A DNA stretch of 64,000 nt from Rebecca billardiae RCC1528 (taxonomy: Eukaryota; Protista; Haptophyta): positions 1,178,001-1,242,000 of the forward strand of contig OZ251242.1 in assembly GCA_965240325.2 (NCBI GenBank). The letters are read 5' to 3'. Below, piece after piece: positions 23,285-33,925 of the stretch. Within the stretch, counting starts at the first letter, position 1. Every line of letters starts with the position of its first letter. The notes beneath the pieces were generated by a model. The model did not search any database. It was not told where the DNA came from and worked only from the letters and a program-made list of their open reading frames with translations. Position numbers and translations under genes: made by a program.

Positions 23285-25132
23285 CTACGCACCCCGGCAC
23301 CACAGGCCCAGGGGTGGCAGCTGCGAAATCCGCGCAGGAGAGACGAGGTCGTCCACCCCGTCGTCAGAGCTCACGCCATGGCCGAGCGCGGCCCTCTGCC
23401 TGCCACACGAGTACGCGCCGCCGTCTGACGTGATCCAAAGCGACTGGCGCCAGTCGACAAAGCCGTCCACCAGCGGGCCATGCGCTGGGGCGTGCACACG
23501 CACCGGAAGCAGCTGCTCCGCATCAGCTGAGCCGATGCCGAGCTGGCCGTAGCGGTTGTAGCCAAACGTGTACACGCTGCCGTCCGCGCCCATCACCGCG
23601 CTGCAATAAAAGCCCGCGCTGGCGCGCACGATGCGCACGCCCTGCAGCGCCACGATGCGCCTGGGCACGAGTGCGGCAGATTCGTCACCATGGCCAAGGC
23701 AACCAAACGAGCCACGCCCAAACGAGTGCACACCGCCTGTGGCATCCACCACCAGGCTGTGCCCATCTCCCGCGCTCACGTGCACGGCGCGCACGCCCTC
23801 CAGCGCCTCGATGCGCTGCGGCGTGCGCAGAGTGCGGTGGTCGCCATGCCCGAGCTTGCCTGCGGCGCCCCACCCGCACGAGTACACGGCGCCACTCGTC
23901 GACAGCAGCAGCGTGTGCCCGTAACCAGCGGACATGCCGCCCACGCGCACGCCCTCCAGCGCCTCGATGCGCACAGGCTCCAGCCGGTCCTCAGTGTCGC
24001 CATGGCCGAGCTCGCCAAGCTCGTTCAATCCCCAGCTGTACACACCGCCCGCAGCAGTGAGCGCGAGGCTGTGCTGGCCACCAGCGGCGATGCCCACGAC
24101 GAGCCCCATGCTGCTCATGCCCAGTGCGGTGAAGACACGACGCGTCTCCTTGTCGCCCACGCCCAGCTGGCCGTGGTCATTCTCACCGCACGCGTACACG
24201 GCACCACCGTCGCTCAGCGCGAGCAGGTGGTGGTAGCCAGCGCCCACCGCGCGCACGCGCATCGCCGAGAGCGATGCCACGCGCGTCGGCACGAGGACGG
24301 CCGACTCGCGCAGCTCCGGATGGCCCAGCGCAGCGGGCGCGCACAGCCCTGTCTCACCAGACTCCTCGCCGCACGTGTGCAGCCCGCCCGACGCGTCCAC
24401 GAACGCGCTGAACGTGATCTGCTTGTCGTCATCGCTACTGCCCATCACGGCCACGCACCCGTGCGCAGTCGCCAGCTCGAGCACGCGCTCGCGCGCAAAC
24501 AGCTCCGCCCGCCACGAGCACGCGTGCGCGGGGAGAGCCGCCGGCAGCGCGCCCTCATGCCCACGCTGCTGCGCGCGCTCGAGCAGTGCGTGCTCCACCG
24601 GCGAGCGGCCGGCAGGCGTGCCGCGGAAGAGGCGCGAGGTGGCATTCAGGCTGGCCAGATCCTGCGCAGCCTCGAGCCAGCCGAGGATGCGCGAGATCAC
24701 GTCCGTCGGCAGGTCGCACAGCGTGAGGCCAGCCGTCTTGGTCGGCGCTGCGGCCGTGTCGCCGAGGGGAGGCTCGCGCTGCACGCCAGTCGCCCCGTCG
24801 GCCGCAGAGCAGCCTGTGCACGTCGCGCACGTCGCGACGTCGACGTGGCGCCACGCGCCTAGCTCGCGAATACCATCGTACTGCGTCCTCGCCGACGCCG
24901 CCTTCGTCACGCGCTTGCACCCGGGCCGGCCGCACCGCACGGCGCAGCGCTCGGACGCGAGCGCGTGCTGGAAGAGGCACACGTTGTGCGCGACGTGCTC
25001 CGCGCCGCACGCGAGCTGCGCCCACGGCTGGCTGCCAATTTGATCGCCGCACAGCGCGCACGGCACCTCGACGACCGGGGGCGCGGCGGCGGCGCCATCG
25101 TCCGGGCGCGAGCGCTTCGGCGAGGGCTCCAT
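23285..25132 (-). CDS. RING-like zinc finger + F-box + RCC1/BLIP-II beta-propeller protein
   Basis: Likely ATG at 25132 (MEPSPKRSRP, NLS-like). RING-like CALC..C..H..H..C..C..PGC; F-box LCDLPTDVISRILGWL..DLASLNATSRLFR; about six RCC1 repeats (AGxxHSLAL..GxVYSWGxNxxGxLGHG). Confidence 0.88.
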   Translation of the reverse strand: MEPSPKRSRPDDGAAAAPPVVEVPCALCGDQIGSQPWAQLACGAEHVAHNVCLFQHALASERCAVRCGRPGCKRVTKAASARTQYDGIRELGAWRHVDVATCATCTGCSAADGATGVQREPPLGDTAAAPTKTAGLTLCDLPTDVISRILGWLEAAQDLASLNATSRLFRGTPAGRSPVEHALLERAQQRGHEGALPAALPAHACSWRAELFARERVLELATAHGCVAVMGSSDDDKQITFSAFVDASGGLHTCGEESGETGLCAPAALGHPELRESAVLVPTRVASLSAMRVRAVGAGYHHLLALSDGGAVYACGENDHGQLGVGDKETRRVFTALGMSSMGLVVGIAAGGQHSLALTAAGGVYSWGLNELGELGHGDTEDRLEPVRIEALEGVRVGGMSAGYGHTLLLSTSGAVYSCGWGAAGKLGHGDHRTLRTPQRIEALEGVRAVHVSAGDGHSLVVDATGGVHSFGRGSFGCLGHGDESAALVPRRIVALQGVRIVRASAGFYCSAVMGADGSVYTFGYNRYGQLGIGSADAEQLLPVRVHAPAHGPLVDGFVDWRQSLWITSDGGAYSCGRQRAALGHGVSSDDGVDDLVSPARISQLPPLGLWCRGA

Positions 25133-25545
25133 GTCGTCGCTCGGCAGCGGAGGCTCGCTTTCTCCGTGTTGCTCGCGGTCGTGTCGTTGCTGCCACTGCG
25201 GCGCGATTTTCTCAGAGTCGCGATGACCGTTGGCCGCCAATGGCCGGCCGAATTTCTTTATTGCGGCGCGCGGATTTTTCGCGTGGATCGGATTTTTCTG
25301 GCGCGATCGGTGAGCGGACAGTGACAGTACGATGAGCGCGCTGCACGCCTGCACCTACTGTAAGACACTGGGCGACAGCAGTGTTGTGCCGGCCCGTAAT
25401 ATGCTGATGCTTCCACTGCTCCGCCGGTCTGACGGTCAGCAGGCTCATCATCGCGTATCATCGATCGGAGCGTGGCACCGACGAGCGCGCAGCAGTGACG
25501 AGTTTGACGGCATGGCACCGCGCAGCGCGCCACCCCTCCTCAGTC

Positions 25546-27379
25546 TCACGCGAGCAGGTCGTCTGCTGCTGCTGCTGCTGCTGCCGCTGCGCCATCGCCG
25601 CCGCCCGCCACCCCATCTGCAGCTGGCTCGTCCGGCTCGAGGAGCTGCGCCGGGCTGCAGAACGGCGAGTCGAGCTCCGGCCCGGAGTCGGGCGCGTCGC
25701 CCTGCGCCTGCGCCCCAGCGGCCGCCACCGCTTCCGCCGCCGCCGCCGCGCCGCTCGGCTCAGGCGCGGCACGGAGGGTGTCCGGCGCTGCTGCTGCGGC
25801 CGAGCCGCGCCCGTTGGCACCGCCGAGCGCGTGCGACGGCCCCCACGGGTCGTCCGCGCCGAGCGCCGCGCGCGCGCCCGAGGGCGCGCCGAGGGGCAGC
25901 CGCGCGCCGCTCGCGCCGTCGGCGGCGTGGGCGGTGGGTGGCCACGCGGTGCGCGGCGCGTCGGCCGCGCCGCCGTGCGCGCCCGCGGCGGCGGCCGCCG
26001 GCAGCGCCCACGGCACAGCGAGCCCGCCGTCGGCGGTGCCGGCCGCGCCGCTCGCGCCGCCGCCGCCGATCCAGGGCGGCAGCGCCGAGTGCGGCGGCGT
26101 GTCGAGCAGCCCGCCGCCGCGCGCGCCGCCGTCGGCGCCGCCGCTGCCGGCGGGTGAGAGCGCGGCGGCGGCGGCCGCTCGCTTCCGTCGCAGCGCGCGC
26201 TCGCACTGCGCGGTGGCGAGCCGGCTGGCGCCGAGCGAGCACGCGGCGCCTGCGAAGAGCAGCCAGCACCCGTGCTCGAGCCTCGCCTCCACCTCGAAGC
26301 AGCGCGCGTCCTCCCCGAGCAGCGGCCGCGCGAACGCCGCGAGCCAGCGCTCGAGCGTGTCGCACCGGTGGCCGACCACAAATCGGGAAAATCGATTAAT
26401 CTGCAAAAGGGCGCCGAGGATGGAGGCGACGAAGACGTCGAGGGCGGACCAGGCGGCGGCCACCTCGGCGAGCGTGAGCAGCCGCGCCTGCGCGCGCAGC
26501 CGCAGCGGCGCCGCCCACGCCACGCCCACCAGCCCCAGGTGCGCCAGCGGCATCAGAAGATTAAACAAATAAAATGAGCCCACGAGCACGGCGCTGCCGA
26601 GCGCCGCGCCCGCGTCCGGCTCCGACGCGCCGGGCAGCGCGGCGCCGAGCGAGAGGAGGCTGTACCGCGTGCGCGCGCGCTCGCCGAGGGCCACGCCCGC
26701 CGCGCCGCCGAACTCGAACGAGAACGCGGTCGCGCGCGCCCCGAGCATGATCAGCAGCGCCGCAAGCGGCAGCAGAGCGAAGCCAGCCCACGCGCGCGCG
26801 CGCGCGCGGCGCGTGCGCGCGCGCGCGTGCGCGCTCAGCGGCGAGCGCGCCGCGGCCGCGGCGCCGGCGCCGGCGGCGCCAAAGCCGAGCACACCGCGCG
26901 CACCGCCCTCCTCCTCCTCCTCCGGGAACGCGTGGTACGCGCGCAGTCGCTCCGTCTCCGCATCCGCCTCCTCCAAGCCCTCCGCGCCTTCGGCCGAGCC
27001 GCCGCCGCCGGCGCCGAGCCCGCCGGCGCCGAGGCCGAGCCCGCCGCCGCCGGCGGTGGCGCCGAGTGGGGCGAGGTCGGCCGCGCCGGCGGCGCACGCG
27101 CCGCTGCGCGCCATCGGCGCCGAGCCGTCCGCGCGTGGCGGGCCGCCGCCGAGCCGCCGCAGCAGCGCCCAACGACGGCCTAGCGCCGCGCCGCCGCCCG
27201 GCCGCGCGCCGCCGCGCGCGGCGCGGCCGGCGGCGGCGGCGCCGCCGGCGCGGCGCCACGGGCTGAGCATGGGCGTGAGCTCGATGAGGCAGATGCCCGC
27301 ACTCACGGCCAGCCCCGGCCAGCCGCCGCCGCGCCCACCGCCGCCGTCGCCCCCAGCCGCCTCCGCCTCCGCCCCCTCC

Positions 27380-27440
<61 letters not shown>

Positions 27441-28466
27441 TGCGCCGGTCGTTGGCGTGCGCGGCCAGCGTGAGGTGCCCGAGGCCGAGCGAGAGGATCG
27501 TGGCGGCGAGGAACGCGAAGAAGCCGAGCTGGGGCCGCACAATCACCTCGACCGCGCCCAGACTCAGCCCGCCGCCGCCCAGCCACTCGGCCGGCGCCTC
27601 GATCGTGAGGTGGAAGGCGACCACCATCAGGGTGAGCACCGCCGCGTCGAGGAGCGACCACTTGCCGAGCAGGTCGAGCGCGAGCAGCGCCGCGCCGCGC
27701 TCGCGCGCGCCCAGCGCCCAGCGCGGCGCGAGCACGCAGCCCAGCAGCAGCGCCAGCTTGGCGTACGGCCACGCGCCCGAGAAGAGCGCGATCAGCGCGG
27801 CGAGCGGGTACACGCCTGCCGCCCACATGTCGTGCACGGAGTTGGCGAGGGAGAAGTCGAAGAGGGAGGGCGGCGCGAGGGCGACGCCCGCGGGCGTGCG
27901 CACGTGCACGTGCACAGACGCGCCCACGCTCGCGTTCGCCACCGCGAACGCGCACATGTTTAGCGCCAGCGCGCAGCACAGCGCGCACGAGCGGCCCGCG
28001 CCAAGGCTGTCTGCGAGCGTGGCGCGGCCGCGCGCGCGCGCGGCTTCGGCTTCGGCGGTGGCGAGCGCCGCCGCCGACGCGCCGCCGCCGTGGTGGTGCT
28101 GCTGCGCCTCCAGGCCCTCCGCCGCCGCCGCCGCGCCGCCGGCCAGCGGCTGCTGCGAGGGCGAGCATGGCGGCGAGCGCGCGCCGCCCGCCGCGCCGCC
28201 GAGAAATGGCTCAGCGAGCGACGAGCGTCCGCGCGGCGCGCCGCCGCCGCGCGCGCCGCGCGCGGCGCGCCGCAGCCAGCTGAGCGCCGGCGCCGCGCGC
28301 GGCGCCTCCGCCGCGGGCGGGCGTGGCCCGGCGGCGCGCTCGAGCGCGCGCGCGCGCACGCGCGCCGCGCGCCACAGCCGGTGCGCGCCGGCCAGCGTCG
28401 CCGCTGCCAGCGCACACAGGCTCAGCAGCGTGGCCGCAAGGAGGGCGGGGTGGGCGGCCGCGGCGC

Positions 28467-28497
<31 letters not shown>

Positions 28498-30382
28498 GGG
28501 CTCGGCCGCGCACAGCGCGGACGCGCTGCGCAGCGCGCGGCGCAGCGCGCCCGCGAGCAGCGGCGGCGCCAGCTCGGCCACCGCGTACCCGACGCCGGCG
28601 CGCACGGGCGGCAACAGCGTGTTGTCTGAGCGTGCGAGCGCGGCGCGCAGCGGCTCCCAGTCCCATTGGCTGCCGCCCGCGCCCTCGCCCGCGCCCTCGG
28701 CGTGGTCGAGGCGCACGGAGACGCCGCCCAGCTCGGCGCGCAGCGCGCGCGGCGCGAGCCACGCGCCGTACACCCCGTCGCCGCCGCCACCAACGCCCGC
28801 GCTGAGCGCGCACGCGAGCGCGCGCTCGCTGCCGAGCTCCGCTAGCGTGAGCGCTGAGAACGGCGCGGCGCCGAGCAGAGCGTCGAGCGCGGCGGACAGG
28901 CGGAGCTGGCGCAGCTCGAGGCTGAGGCTGAGGTTGGCGCGGAGCTGCTGCGCGCCCAGGCCGGCCAGCGCGAACGAGCCGGCCGCGCTCACGCGGAGCG
29001 GCGGCAGCGGCGGCCCCGCTGCCGCGCCGCCGCCCAGCTCGAGCCGAGCGCCGAGCGCGGCCGCGCACGCGCCCTCTCCCGCGCCCGCGCCCGCGCCGTG
29101 GGCGGGCGCGGGCCAGAACGAGGCGTTGCGCGGCGGCGCGCGCGCTGCGCACGCCGCGCCGCCCCCTTCGCCCGCCGCGCCCGCCCCGAGCAGCAGCGCG
29201 GCGGCGGCCACGCCGTCCAGACCGCCGACGCGCGCCGAGATCAGCGCGAGATCGACCGAGCCGAGGTCCGGGCCGAGCTCGAGGTGGAGTCCGGGCAAGC
29301 GGGCGGGGGCGAGCTCCCACGCGCCGGCTGCGCCGGCGCCGGAGGCGTCGGCGCGCCACGCCGTCACGCCGCGCGTGAGCGCGTTCAGCACGCGCGCGCT
29401 CACCGGCCGCTCGAGCAGCGAGCGCGCGGCGCGCAGCGGCGGCAGCCGAGACCAGGCGAGCGCCGCGCGCGCCGGCGGCGCGCGCGGCGCGGCGCACGGG
29501 CCGGCGAGGCGGCGCGCGGCGCGGAGCGCGCCGTCGAGCGCGCGCGCGCCGAGCGCGTGCTCCGCGTCCAGCGCGCGCGCGAGCGCCGACGCCGCGCCCA
29601 CCGCCTCGCCGCCGTACGCGCCGAGCCACTCGGCGGCCGCCGAGTTGAGCGCGGCCGCGGCGCCGCGCAGCGCGGACTCGTGCGCCGGCGGCGCCCGTAG
29701 CACAAGGAGCTGCGCGCCGCCGAGCTCGGCGTCGAGGGCGAGGGTGCTGAGGCGCACGCGCTCGAGCGCGGACAGCGCGCACGCCGCCGCGCCGCGCCAC
29801 CCGCCCGCCACGCCGAGCAGCTGCCCCAGCGACAGCGCCAGCGCCACGCTGCCGTTCACAGCCCCGAGCAGCGTCGCGGCCGCGCGCGGCGCGTGCAGCG
29901 TCGCGCGCAGCGCCAGCCTCGCGGACGCGTGCGCGGACGGGCGGCGGCGGGGGTGCGAGTGCGACGCGCCGCCGCCGCCGCCGCCCGCGCCGGGCCCGAG
30001 CCCACCGCCGCCGCCGCCGCGCCGCGCCGCGCCCCGCTCGCCCACCTCCACCTCCAGAACGGCCGTGAGCTCAAGCGATTCGAACGCTGCGGCTACGGCC
30101 ACTGACTGCGCCTGCGCCGGCGTCGGCCTGGTCACGCGCAGCGCGGAGAGGGAGGGCAGCCCGCGCACGCGCAGCTCGTCGAGCCACGCGGAGAGCGCGC
30201 CGAGCCCGCCCGGCAGGCTGCGGTCGAGGGTCAGCGGCTGCAGCAGCCCGGACACGCCCACCGAGCCGCCGCCAGCCGCCGAGGCCTCTGCCAACACCGC
30301 GGCCGCGTCTGCGGCGAGCGAGTCTATCCGCGCCAGCACGTCGAAGGGGGCGGCTGGCAGGGCGAGCGCGCCGGGCAGCGAG

Positions 30383-30413
<31 letters not shown>

Positions 30414-32034
30414 CGAGGGGCTCGCACGCGCCGCCCTCCGCGCCGCCGCCGCCGCCGCCGCCGCGCTGCAGCGCGCGCGCCACCGCGTCGCGCGCCGCCT
30501 GCGTCAGCGCGTCCGCGCCCGATGTGATGAGCCACCCGCTGAGAACGGCCGGCAGGCCGTTGGCCGAGGCCTCGAGGAGCGCGCCGATGGCGGCGTCGAG
30601 CGCCTCGTCGAGCTGCAGCTCGAGGCTCGAGCCCTCCTCCGCCGCGCCCTCCGCCCACGCCTCGCCACGGTCCACCGCCGCCCCCGCGCCCGGCGCCGCG
30701 CCGGCCGCGCGCACCGCCGCGCGCGGGCCTACGCTGAGGCTCTCGATAGAACCGATGTGGGCGGCGAGGGAGCGCACGCCGAGGCTGGGCAGGTGCAGCG
30801 CGCCGAGGGCGCAGCGCGCGACGCGCGCGGCGCCGTCCCACGTGGCGAGCTGCGCGGCGCTCAGGTTGCGCAGCCGCGCGCCCTCCACCGGCACGTCGAA
30901 CCAGAAACGCATGCGCAGCGCGCGCGCCGCGACGCGCACGGTCGCGCGCTCGCACAGCGGGCGGCTGCCGTTGAGCCTGCCGCCGCTCGCCGCGTCGACG
31001 GCGAGCGCGAGCGCGGCGCTGAGCTCGAGCCGGTCGATGGCCAGCTCGAGCTCGAGCGCGCTGCGGTTCGCGCCCCCCGCCGCGCCCGGCCGCAGCGCAA
31101 AGCCGTGCGCGCCGCCCAGCCCTGTCAGGTTGAGGCCGAGCACGCTGACGCTGAGGTTCGCAAGGCCAGGGACGTCCACGCCGAGCTCGCGGCCGTGCAG
31201 CGCGGCGGGGATCAGCGGCAGCGTGCCGTTCAGCTCGAGCGCGCGCGCGAGCGCGCCCACGCCCGGCGCGCCGCCCGGCGCGCCGTCGCCCAGCAGCGCG
31301 CTCGCGAGCGTCGCCGCGGCGGAGGCGGCCGGCACGTCAGCCCAGGCGAGCGTGGACGGCGGCGGCGGCGGCGGCGGCGGGCGCGGGGCGAGGTGGGCCG
31401 GCGCGTACGGCGCCAGCCTCGCGTCCAGTCCCTCGAGCGCCTCCGTCACGTTCGTCCCGACCAGCTCGCGCACCGCGCCGCAGATCGCGGCCGAGATTGC
31501 AATCTCGAGCTGCGCCTGGAAGGCGGACTCGAGCGCGTCGAGCAGCCCGGCAAAGATGGTGCGCGAGAAGAGGACGGAGGCGATCTCGATGGCGGCGTCG
31601 CACGCCGCCACGCTCGCGCCCGAGGGCAGCCCGAGCGCCGCGTCGGTGCGCAGCCGCACGCCGAGCGCCACCGACGAGTCGGCGACCTGCGCGGCCACCG
31701 AGCCGCTGCCGGATGGCACGTGCAACGGGTTGCGCGCCGCGTACGCCCAGTCGGCGGCGCAGCTGATGCCGATGCCGCTCGCGGTGAGGTCGAGGCCCGG
31801 CGGCTCCGACGCGCGCGCGCTCGACAGCGCGCGCAGCGTCACGTTCGCGCAGCGCAGCGCGCTGAGCGAGACGTCGAACGGCAGCAGCGAGTTGTCGAGC
31901 ACGCGGAAGTGAACGTCCGGCATGGCAAAGTGGAGCTGGTCGAGCCACGAGAGGAGCGGCGAGGTGGCGTTCTGCTCGCACTCGCGCGCCCACGGCGCGC
32001 CGAGCGCGAGCAGCGCGAGCGCGACGGCCGCCAT
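25546..32034 (-). CDS. Large membrane protein: signal peptide, BPI/LBP-like N-domain, three TULIP-like repeats, TM helix, two PqiA/LetA-like membrane domains
   Basis: ATG 32034 MAAVALALLALG. PqiA-type motifs FSLANSVHDMWAAGVYPLAALIALFSGAWPYAKL..LGKWSLLD and AAWSALDVFVASI. The N-domain has a BPI-like beta pattern ending ISAAICGAVRELV. Intronless, 2,162 aa. Confidence 0.8.
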
Positions 32035-32219
32035 CAACTCAGCCCCTGCGCGACCCGGGCAGCGAGCGCGGGCGGGTGCGCCTGCTGATGCAACGCGCTG
32101 GCGTCGCGCGCCTGCAGCAGCGCCGGTCTCGGCACGCAAGGTGGCGCCGTGACCGGCGAACGCGCGCCGGACTCCAGTGATCTCCGCTCAAGACCCCTGG
32201 CCACCGGGGCGGCTGCGGC

Positions 32220-33398
32220 ATGCATGCCGTCAATCCCCGTCATGCATTCTTCACGGTCCTTGTCAGCCTCGCCGGAGTCGCCACCAGAGGATGGAGCATC
32301 TGGGGGACTGCCGTCGAACCACTCGCCCAACCGTTCGTCGCACAAAAGGCAGGCATCAACTCGGGCAACATCATGAGCAACATAAAGGTAAACGGGCTAC
32401 CCGGCCGACAACTGCTTTTCATTCACGTAGGCAAAGGTGCACGCCGCGAACGCCATCCGCCCTGGCGCGCCTTTCAGCGCATCCGCTCATGCGCACGGGA
32501 GCCCCGTGCACGCGCACACGCAGCTGGTGGCAAGACCGTGCGCGAGTTCATGAACACCATGAGCATCCCCTACGTGGAGTCGCACAGGCAGCTAACACCG
32601 GTACCGCTGATTCATCTTGCCGCGAGCAGCAAGGTGGTCGTCTCAGTGCGTGATCCGCTCGATCGCGCTGTCAGTGCGTTCTACTCCAGCTGGCACAGGC
32701 GCCCAGAAGAGTGGCAGTCGTGCTTCCCCACAGTGGACCGGCTCGCGGAAGCTCTCGTGGACCCGGCGAGCGGCGCGAGCGCAGCGTGCGTGCGCCTCGC
32801 CCAGCAGCCGTTTTACACGGATGACCCCGCTGACGCGCAGGGCCACCTGGGCAAGGGCTTCACGCTCTACTTCAACGACCGGGTGCTAACGACGCTCGAG
32901 AAAACGTCGGACGTGTATCTGGTCCGCACCCCGCGCATCGACGAGGACCTGCCGGGGCTTGTTCAGTGGCTTAAGGGATCCAGACCGGGAAGGACCGTGC
33001 GCGTGCCCCGGGGCACGGCCACCCTTGGGCAGCTGGTGACGCACCAGCACAACAACTCGGCCAATCACGCAGCCGGCGAGATGGCCGAGCACCTAGCCCA
33101 GCCGTTTGCGGTGCACCTCGCCCCCGAGTATCACATCGTGGCGAGGCTGCTCTGCATGAGCACCAACGCGTTCCAGGTGCCCGCCGTGTTCGGGCGCATG
33201 CAGATCAGTGCGTGCTCGCCGCAGCCGCTCGCCCACTTCGCGCCGTGCAACCTGTCGACGGCCTGCCGCACGCTCGCCCACGACGCGGTGGCGGACTGCG
33301 TCGTGCGTGCAGAGCCGAGGGCGGCCTGGCAGACGTGTCCCCCTGAAGACGCGAACGCTGAAGACGGTCGTCACGGATCTGAACTCCTCGGCGATTAA
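32220..33398 (+). CDS. Golgi-type sulfotransferase (Sulfotransfer_2-like); intron 32437-32523
   Basis: Removing the 87-nt GTGCAC..GCAG intron restores the 5'-PSB motif LLFIHVGKAGGKT; 3'-PB motif VVVSVRDPLDRAVSAFY; N-terminal hydrophobic anchor. Confidence 0.82.
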   Translation: MHAVNPRHAFFTVLVSLAGVATRGWSIWGTAVEPLAQPFVAQKAGINSGNIMSNIKVNGLPGRQLLFIHVGKGARRERHPPWRAFQRIRSCAREPRARAHAAGGKTVREFMNTMSIPYVESHRQLTPVPLIHLAASSKVVVSVRDPLDRAVSAFYSSWHRRPEEWQSCFPTVDRLAEALVDPASGASAACVRLAQQPFYTDDPADAQGHLGKGFTLYFNDRVLTTLEKTSDVYLVRTPRIDEDLPGLVQWLKGSRPGRTVRVPRGTATLGQLVTHQHNNSANHAAGEMAEHLAQPFAVHLAPEYHIVARLLCMSTNAFQVPAVFGRMQISACSPQPLAHFAPCNLSTACRTLAHDAVADCVVRAEPRAAWQTCPPEDANAEDGRHGSELLGD

Positions 33399-33925
33399 GT
33401 TCGCGAGCATGTTGGGCATGTGCCCGACTGGATTCGACAGGCTTCACGACGCGCGCGAGGGCTTGCGACAGTGGTAGAGAGACGTATCGGGTAGGAGTAC
33501 CCGCACGCGCACTCACTACGGCTCGATCCGCCCGACTTTGGCCATGTACGCGCAGGCGTGCCGTCTCAACACGGCTGGCGCCGGCCGCCGCACGCAGCAG
33601 GCAAGCGGCGGCAAGGACAGGTGTGGGCACGCCACCAAGGTGTCGAAGCGTCTCCGGCACACGGGCACGCCTCCCACGAGACCCTCTACGCCACCCCGCC
33701 CTCGCTGTCGGGACGCCCTACCGTGCACGTACACGCGCAAGGCACGCGGGGCACGCGCACGTGCGGCAGCCATCGAGCCGTCGGCACACCCTTGCGTCGG
33801 CGGCCGGGGTCGCGGGGACAATTAAATTTCGGACCCCCCCTTCTGGCGCAGTGTCAATGGGTCCTGGACGCCTTGACCAGTCCAGGCCAACTACTGTAGC
33901 GCGTGGACGTCCAACGTCCACCATC

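Noticed and set aside
25200-25310. E2F-like TTTxxCGC motifs upstream of the RING-F-box-RCC1 gene
   Set aside because: Imperfect short matches expected by chance in CG-rich DNA.
26669-31912. 1,747-aa plus-strand ORF
   Set aside because: Antisense shadow of the TULIP-PqiA gene; Ser/Ala/Arg low-complexity with no motifs.
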